Shown one piece after another: positions 57,763-64,000 of a stretch of DNA of 64,000 nt. Made by a program: the position numbers and the translations under genes. This DNA comes from an uncultured bacterium (GTDB lineage: Bacteria > Cyanobacteriota > Cyanobacteriia > Cyanobacteriales > JAABRE01): positions 1,575 to 65,574 of the forward strand of contig CAYPSO010000010.1 of the NCBI GenBank assembly GCA_964413275.1. The letters are read 5' to 3'. Position 1 is the stretch's first letter; every line of letters starts with the position of its first letter. A model generated the notes under the pieces. The model saw only the letters and a list, made by a program, of their open reading frames with translations. It was not told where the DNA came from and did no database searches.

Positions 57763-60162
57763 CTAAATAATATCTTTTTTCTTTTGTAGCCAATAAGTTA
57801 CTATCAAATAAATAATACTTTGTAAGAATAACATTGCTAAATTTAAAAGCAAATTTACTCCATTTGATTCATATACTGGTGAGCCTTCAAAGGGAGGATT
57901 AATAGTTGTTCCATCGACAAAAACCATTGGCTCTGGTACTAATTTATTAATATTAACTAAGATGCCATAAGCACCAATTGACCAACGACTAATAGTTAAC
58001 CAAGAAATAACTTTTCCTAATCCTTCCATAGTAAATAAGACTCCAGCAAAAATGATTTGCGGTATTAATAATAGAGGTAAGGCACTATTAGCTTGACTAT
58101 TATTTTTGACACTAGCAGAAATCATTAAACCTAAACTTACACTACTAAATAAGGTTAAAAAGTTAGTAATAAATATTCCTAAAAACCAAGGAATTAATTC
58201 TGATTCTGGTGACTCAAATAATACAAGTATGCTCACAGCAATTAAAAAACTTTGGGCTAATCCTAAAGCTCCGAGAATGCTAATTTTTGAAATTAAATAA
58301 GAAATTAAGTTTAAATTTACTAATCTTTCCCGTAGATAAATAATATTTTCTTTAACAATTTCTTGTAATGAACTTGATAAACCTACCCAAATAGAAGCTG
58401 AGGTAAAGACAAATAAAACCTTGAGGGCAAGAGGTGCTAAAGCAGGATCGTCTTCTGTTCCTAAAATAAAGGGTTGTTTGTCAATAGCGAATTTAATTAA
58501 ACTAATACCGATAGGAGCAGTTAATAATGATAATGCTAAAAATAATTTATCTCGAATCAATAATTTACCATATCTTTCTGCCAAAACTATTAATTGTTTA
58601 AAAACAAAACCTTGAACTTGTTTTGGATTTTTGTTAGTATAGCTAATACTATTATTAGTTATTAATCTATTTTCTATATTATTCTGATAATCAGTCGATT
58701 GCTCAAATTTAGCAGCTTCTTCTAATACTTTATCAATGGTTTCTAAGTGTAAATATATATCGGCAAAATTCCCTTGTTTAACTTGAAAGAAATTTAAGGT
58801 TTCTTCAGGTTTTCCTAAATAGCAAAGATTGCCTCCTTTACCTAAAAATATCAGGCGATCGCATAAATTAATATTACTGGTAGCATGGGTAACTAAAATA
58901 ATTGTTCTGCCTTGATCTGCTAATTTTCTTAACAGTTGCATCATCTTTTTATCTAAACCAGGATCTAAGCCTGAAGTCGGTTCATCTAAGAAAAATAATT
59001 TAGGATCTGCTAATAATTCTACACCAATACTAACTCGCTTAATTTGCCCTCCACTTAACTGACTAACTAAAGTATTTACTGAAGATAACATTTCAATATC
59101 TTGCAAAGTTTTAGCAATGATTTTTTCTAAATCTGTATCATTTGGTAATCTTAATTTAGCAGAATAATATAACACTTCTCTAACAGTTAAATCTTTATGG
59201 ATTATGTCACTTTGAGGAACATAACCAATTTGATTGCGATACATATTAAAGTTATGTTGTAAATCTTCTCCATTAAGATAAACTTTCCCTTGATTAATAG
59301 ATTCTATGCCTAATAAAGCACGCATTAAAGTTGATTTACCTGCACCGCTTCCACCAACTATCCCAACAAATTCACCCGGTTCAATTGCCAATGATATATT
59401 ATTTAAGATAATTTTATTTTGCTTATTTTTAGTTTTAATTTTTTTGAGAATATTAGCACAATCTAAACGAATATTATTTCCTCGATCTGCAACTAATAAT
59501 TTATCCCCTTGCGCCACTAAAATATAAGGGCCAATTTTAATAATTGTGCCATTTTCTAAATAAGTATATTGATTAACTTTTTCCCCATTAACAAAGATGC
59601 CATTAGTGCTATAATCATAAATAATATATTTATTTGCATTGCTAATATCCCTATCAATTACTGCGTGTTTATAAGAAACAGTTGGAGCATCTAAACACAA
59701 ATCAGCATCAGGATTTCGACCTAAAGTTACTGCTTTATCTTTCAGATTTATTGAGGTTTTTTCTGGTAATTTTCGAGGTAAGCTAGGTATATTTTGAGGA
59801 TTATAATAACTAATAATAATCCAATTTTTAGGATTTTGGCCGATGGTTATTTCCGTTTCATGGCTTAATAAATAACCATGTTGCGGAGTGATACGAGTTT
59901 TATTAATAAATAAACCATTACTACTGGGATTTTTACCATTACCATCATAAATATAATAATCATTATTAACTTTCTTAAAAAGAGCTTGACAACGACTAAC
60001 AATTCCCCAATTATCTGATACTACTAAGTCTGCTTGGGTTTCATCTCTGCCTAAAATATGTTGAGTAAGTTTTAAATCAAATTCCACAATTTTTCCCTGA
60101 TTATTAATTTTAATATAGGGATTAGTGGATAACATTTGAGTTTTGATGGGAGGTTGATTCAT
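57763..60162 (-). CDS. FHA-FHA-ABC transporter (Rv1747-like architecture)
   Basis: LGRD..VSR..SSNG and LGRNP..VS..STNG FHA motifs; GGSGAGKS, LSGGQ, LDEPTSGLD; TM C-terminus. Confidence 0.92.
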   Translation of the reverse strand: MNQPPIKTQMLSTNPYIKINNQGKIVEFDLKLTQHILGRDETQADLVVSDNWGIVSRCQALFKKVNNDYYIYDGNGKNPSSNGLFINKTRITPQHGYLLSHETEITIGQNPKNWIIISYYNPQNIPSLPRKLPEKTSINLKDKAVTLGRNPDADLCLDAPTVSYKHAVIDRDISNANKYIIYDYSTNGIFVNGEKVNQYTYLENGTIIKIGPYILVAQGDKLLVADRGNNIRLDCANILKKIKTKNKQNKIILNNISLAIEPGEFVGIVGGSGAGKSTLMRALLGIESINQGKVYLNGEDLQHNFNMYRNQIGYVPQSDIIHKDLTVREVLYYSAKLRLPNDTDLEKIIAKTLQDIEMLSSVNTLVSQLSGGQIKRVSIGVELLADPKLFFLDEPTSGLDPGLDKKMMQLLRKLADQGRTIILVTHATSNINLCDRLIFLGKGGNLCYLGKPEETLNFFQVKQGNFADIYLHLETIDKVLEEAAKFEQSTDYQNNIENRLITNNSISYTNKNPKQVQGFVFKQLIVLAERYGKLLIRDKLFLALSLLTAPIGISLIKFAIDKQPFILGTEDDPALAPLALKVLFVFTSASIWVGLSSSLQEIVKENIIYLRERLVNLNLISYLISKISILGALGLAQSFLIAVSILVLFESPESELIPWFLGIFITNFLTLFSSVSLGLMISASVKNNSQANSALPLLLIPQIIFAGVLFTMEGLGKVISWLTISRWSIGAYGILVNINKLVPEPMVFVDGTTINPPFEGSPVYESNGVNLLLNLAMLFLQSIIYLIVTYWLQKKKDII

Positions 60163-60346
60163 GGAGTAAATTTTTTATAAATTAATTATATATAGATTAG
60201 ATTTTAGATTTTAGTATATAGCTTTTCTAAAAAAATTTGTATCTTCTCTGTGTTCTCTCTCTGCGGTTAATTAAAAAGAATATTATATTCACATACCAAA
60301 TGAAATTACTATAATATAGATAATATTAAAAGAAAAAATAACTAAA

Positions 60347-61726
60347 ATGACAACTATTAACAAATTACCTACTCCTTCATGGTTGCAAAAATTACAATGG
60401 ATCTCAAATCCAGTAAAATATATGAAAAATGCAGCTAAACTTTATCCCGATATTTTTGCTGCTGAAGTAGCAACTTTTGGCTCAATGTTATTTATACAAG
60501 AGCCTCAAGCTTTACAATATGTTTTAACAAATGACCGTAAACAATTTGTTGCTGAAGGAAAAATTAATAAATTTTTAGAACCTCTTCTCGGAGAATATTC
60601 TGTTATAACTTTAGAGCAAAATCCCCATAAAAAACGTCGTCAATTATTAATGCCAGCCTTTCATGGTTCGAGAATACAAACCTATGGTGAATTAATTTCT
60701 AAATTAATTCACCAAGTCATGGATAATTTGCCAATAAATCAAACTTTTTTGGCAAGAAAAACTATGCAGCAAATTTCTTTACAGGTAATTTTAGAGTCAG
60801 TTTTTGGCTTATATGAAGGAGAAAGAGCGCAAAAATTAAAAAATTTGATGTCAACAATGAGTGATATATTTAGTTCCTCTCTAACTTCTGCTTTTTTGTT
60901 ATTACCTTTTTTACAAAAAGATTTAGGTGTTTTAAGTCCTTGGAGTTACTATCTTAAAAAACGGGATGAAGTAGATAAACAAATATATGCAGAAATTGCC
61001 GAGCGTCGAGCCAATCCTAATCCTGAAAGTACCGATATTCTTTCATTATTAATGTCGGCTCAAGATGAAGATGGTAATTCCATGACAGATAAAGAATTAA
61101 GGGATGAATTATTAACTCTTTTATTTGCTGGTAATGAAACTACAGCAACGGCTATGTCTTGGGCTTTATATTGGTTACATAAAGAACCAAAAGTTAAAGA
61201 AAAATTACTCGCTGAATTAGCAACTTTAGGGGATAATCCTGATTATATGACCATTGCTAAATTACCCTACTTAACCGCAGTTTGTAATGAAACTTTGCGG
61301 ATTCATTCTGTTGCTATGCTAACTTTTCCTAGAATAGTTCAAGAACCAGTAGAATTGTTTGGACATAAAATAGAACCAAGAACTGTAATTTTAGGTTGTA
61401 TGTATCTCTTACATCAAAGGGAAGATTTATATCCTAATCCTCAACAATTTAGGCCAGAAAGATTTTTAGAACGTCAATATTCTCCCTACGAATTTATGCC
61501 CTTTGGAGCAGGTACACGCCGTTGTATTGGTGAAGCTTTAGCTATCTTTGAAATGAAATTAGTATTAGCTAACATTTTATCAAATTATCAGTTAATTTTA
61601 GCGAGTAATAAACCAGAAAAACCTGCAAGAAGGGGAATTACCCTTGCACCTGCCAATGGTGTAAAAATGAAATTAATTAGTAAAAATATATCTGTAGAAA
61701 AAGTTAATCAAGCTGTTGCTGTTTAA
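60347..61726 (+). CDS. Cytochrome P450 (CYP110-like)
   Basis: AGNETTA, ETLR, PERF, PFGAGTRRCIG. Confidence 0.93.
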   Translation: MTTINKLPTPSWLQKLQWISNPVKYMKNAAKLYPDIFAAEVATFGSMLFIQEPQALQYVLTNDRKQFVAEGKINKFLEPLLGEYSVITLEQNPHKKRRQLLMPAFHGSRIQTYGELISKLIHQVMDNLPINQTFLARKTMQQISLQVILESVFGLYEGERAQKLKNLMSTMSDIFSSSLTSAFLLLPFLQKDLGVLSPWSYYLKKRDEVDKQIYAEIAERRANPNPESTDILSLLMSAQDEDGNSMTDKELRDELLTLLFAGNETTATAMSWALYWLHKEPKVKEKLLAELATLGDNPDYMTIAKLPYLTAVCNETLRIHSVAMLTFPRIVQEPVELFGHKIEPRTVILGCMYLLHQREDLYPNPQQFRPERFLERQYSPYEFMPFGAGTRRCIGEALAIFEMKLVLANILSNYQLILASNKPEKPARRGITLAPANGVKMKLISKNISVEKVNQAVAV

Positions 61727-61730
61727 AATT

Positions 61731-63110
61731 ATGAAAATAATAAAAGGTCAAAAAACACCCCGTTGGTTACAAAAAATTAAATTTATTCTCGATCCTTTAG
61801 GATATTTAGAATATAATTCTGCTCGTTATGGCGAACTTTTCCAAGCACCTGTAATTGGTAATTACGATTTAATGATATTTGTTGATAATCCTCAAGCATT
61901 ACAACAACTTATGACAAATGAGACTAAAAAATTTGTTGCTCCCGGAGATCGAATTTTAAAGCTTATTACCGGAGATTACTCTTTATTTATGTTAGAAGGC
62001 GAGCGTCATCGTCGGGAACGTAAATTATTAATGCCTTCTTTTCATGGGGAAAGAATGCGTAGTTATGGAGAGTTAATTTGTGATTTAACTAAAGAAATTA
62101 TGAGTAAATTAAATCACAATCAAGTATTTTCTGCTAGGGAAATAATGCAAGATGTTTCCTTAGAAATTATTTTAAATGTAGTATTTGGAATTTATGAAGG
62201 TGAAAGATTTAACCAACTCAAAAAATTAATTGCTGATTTTATGGATTTGTTTAAATCTCCTTTAATTTCAGGGGCTCTTTATTTACCTTTTTTAAGGCAA
62301 AATTTAGGAGAATGGAGTCCTTGGGGAAACTTTTTAAAAATACAAAAAGCAATAGATGATTTAATTTATGCAGAAATAAAAGAGCGTCGCCAAAAATATG
62401 ATGATTCTGGGACAGATATTTTAACTTTAATGATGTCTGCAACCGATGAAAATGGGCAAGGTATGAATGATGAAGAATTACATGATGAATTACTCACTCT
62501 GTTATTTGCAGGACATGAAACCACTGCTACCGCCATTGCTTGGGCTTTATACTGGATTCATAACTCTGAAGATGTAAAAGACAAATTACGGCAAGAATTA
62601 GCTGATTTAGGGGCAAATCCCGATCCTATGAGCATTTATAAATTGCCATATCTGACGGCGGTTTGTAACGAAGCTTTGCGGATTTATCCGGTGGCTATGT
62701 TAACTTTTCCCAGAGAAGTAAAAGAAGCGGTGGAAATGATGGGCTATAATTTACCAGTAGGAACGAGAATTTATGGTTGCATTTATTTAACCCATCACCG
62801 AGAAGATTTGTACCCTAATTCTCAAGAATTTAAACCAGAAAGATTTTTAGAGCGTCAATATACCAATTATGAATTTCTGCCTTTTGGTGGGGGTATGCGT
62901 CGTTGTTTAGGTGAAGCTTTAGCTATTTTTGAAATGAAATTAGTTGTGGCTACAATTATCAGTAATTATGAGTTGGCTTTAGCCTCTGATAAACCAGAAA
63001 AACCAGCACGTAGAGGAGTTACCCTCGCACCTGCCAATGGAGTCAAAATGAGCTTAAAAGGAGAATATCAATTGGTAAATCAAACAGAAGAATTAATCCA
63101 ATTAAAATAA
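61731..63110 (+). CDS. Cytochrome P450 (CYP110-like), tandem paralogue
   Basis: AGHETTA, EALR, PERF, PFGGGMRRCLG; ATG 61731 preferred. Confidence 0.93.
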   Translation: MKIIKGQKTPRWLQKIKFILDPLGYLEYNSARYGELFQAPVIGNYDLMIFVDNPQALQQLMTNETKKFVAPGDRILKLITGDYSLFMLEGERHRRERKLLMPSFHGERMRSYGELICDLTKEIMSKLNHNQVFSAREIMQDVSLEIILNVVFGIYEGERFNQLKKLIADFMDLFKSPLISGALYLPFLRQNLGEWSPWGNFLKIQKAIDDLIYAEIKERRQKYDDSGTDILTLMMSATDENGQGMNDEELHDELLTLLFAGHETTATAIAWALYWIHNSEDVKDKLRQELADLGANPDPMSIYKLPYLTAVCNEALRIYPVAMLTFPREVKEAVEMMGYNLPVGTRIYGCIYLTHHREDLYPNSQEFKPERFLERQYTNYEFLPFGGGMRRCLGEALAIFEMKLVVATIISNYELALASDKPEKPARRGVTLAPANGVKMSLKGEYQLVNQTEELIQLK

Positions 63111-63239
63111 CTTAATTTATGATCGATTTTTAGATTATAGTTTTAGGATTGTCCCCGGATTTTTGGACTACTTAGATTAAAACAAGTTATCCAAACAAGA
63201 AGATTGATAAGTAAAAATCATCTTTTAATTTTGTGTATT

Positions 63240-63441
63240 AATTTGTCAAACTTTTTCTTTCCATCATCTACTTTTTCAGCAAACCCTAATTTAGTGAGTA
63301 AATCAATCAATATTTAGCAACTAATTGTCCTTGTGAATTAACTTTATAGGCTTGACCTACATAGCCTGTATTTTCGTAAAAAATCTGGTGAATATATCGA
63401 TCTAATTCATTTTCATCGGAAATTTGATCTCGATATATCAT
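63240..63441 (-). pseudogene. Frameshifted fragment of an unidentified gene
   Basis: MIYRDQISDENELDRYIHQIFYENTGYVGQAYKVNSQGQLVAK then ILIDLLTKLGFAEKVDDGKKKFDKL in another frame. Confidence 0.3.
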
Positions 63442-63678
63442 TTTAAAAATTATTGAATAACTTTAGTTAACTTTGTTTATAAAACCTATGACTATCAAGT
63501 TAACTTATTTATTTTGATTTGTATATTCGTGAAACTAACGATTAATATAAAATCAAATTACTTAGTTATCCGTATTTTTGCGGTTATTCGTTATTTGTTA
63601 TTTGTAACTCAATTAGCTACCTTGTTATGAAAGCTAATTGAGTGTAGAGCCGCCGTGCAGACTTTTAAAACATCAAGG

Positions 63679-64000
63679 TTATGCCGGATAAATCCGCAAA
63701 CGACGGTTAGGCTCATCACCAAAACTATCAGAATTAAGGCGATAATGTTCTACTAACTCATGTTGCATTTTGCGAACTTTAGCAGAACGAGGCAACAATT
63801 CCACAGGTTGTCCTTTAGGTATAACGATTTGCTCTACAGCTAATCTAGCTTCCTCTAAAGCCTCGATTTCATCATCATTACTTCCCCTGGTAAATAACCT
63901 TAAATCAATTGCTTCTGGAGTATTAAGTTCATCCATACCTAAAATACGTCGTAAAGTTCTAGCAACTTGAGAAGTAGTATTAGATTTAACAGGATGAATT
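63679..64000 (-). CDS. 3' end of a Ycf45-like AAA/R3H protein (partial, continues beyond the window)
   Basis: EALEEARLAVEQIVIPKGQPVELLPRSAKVRKMQHELVEHY..SFGDEPNRRLRIYP (R3H-like). Confidence 0.8.
   Translation of the reverse strand, partial: IHPVKSNTTSQVARTLRRILGMDELNTPEAIDLRLFTRGSNDDEIEALEEARLAVEQIVIPKGQPVELLPRSAKVRKMQHELVEHYRLNSDSFGDEPNRRLRIYPA

Larger units (their letters stand above)
2005..58862. repeat. HIP1 palindrome GCGATCGC, dispersed across the window
   Basis: Copies at e.g. 2005, 2181, 3431, 4658 and many more up to ~58855; hallmark of cyanobacterial genomes. Confidence 0.9.

Noticed and set aside
1-64000. tRNA, rRNA, riboswitch, retron or DGR elements
   Set aside because: No cloverleaf, rRNA-like tract, reverse transcriptase or template/variable repeat pair seen by eye; an Infernal/tRNAscan run would be needed to exclude small RNAs.

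Overview
AT-rich cyanobacterial chromosomal segment, identified by recurrent HIP1 GCGATCGC octamers, psaK, a flavodiiron gene and heptamer tandem repeats. A Chroococcales-like host is an inference. Housekeeping genes (rsmI, coaE, miaE, bioF, gltD, lnt, cdsA, cbiT, ychF, psaK, rseP, nth) are interspersed with accessory DNA. The main accessory features are: (1) an ~11 kb same-strand cluster (26.5-37.9 kb) of five signal-peptide proteins, comprising two DUF11/Ig-like proteins, a 1252-aa predicted outer-membrane beta-barrel, a beta-helix protein and a Gly-rich GEVED-type adhesin. It looks like an uncharacterised surface-fibre/adhesin export system that is partly decaying. (2) Two convergent TnpB genes with a rearranged RuvC site and no zinc ribbon; one has complete IS608-type ends, the other keeps only its right end and is fused to a phosphatase gene. 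(3) An RNB exoribonuclease carrying two dsRNA-binding-like domains. (4) A PARIS-like ABC-ATPase + TOPRIM pair with a broken effector. (5) Two toxin-antitoxin pairs, three Uma2 genes, tandem P450s divergent from an FHA-ABC exporter, and a glycosyltransferase/desaturase pair. (6) Nested MITE/REP/IS630 remnants, including a MITE inserted in the TA of a GTAG REP. I saw no rRNA, tRNA or CRISPR array. All family assignments come from motif recognition by eye, not database searches.
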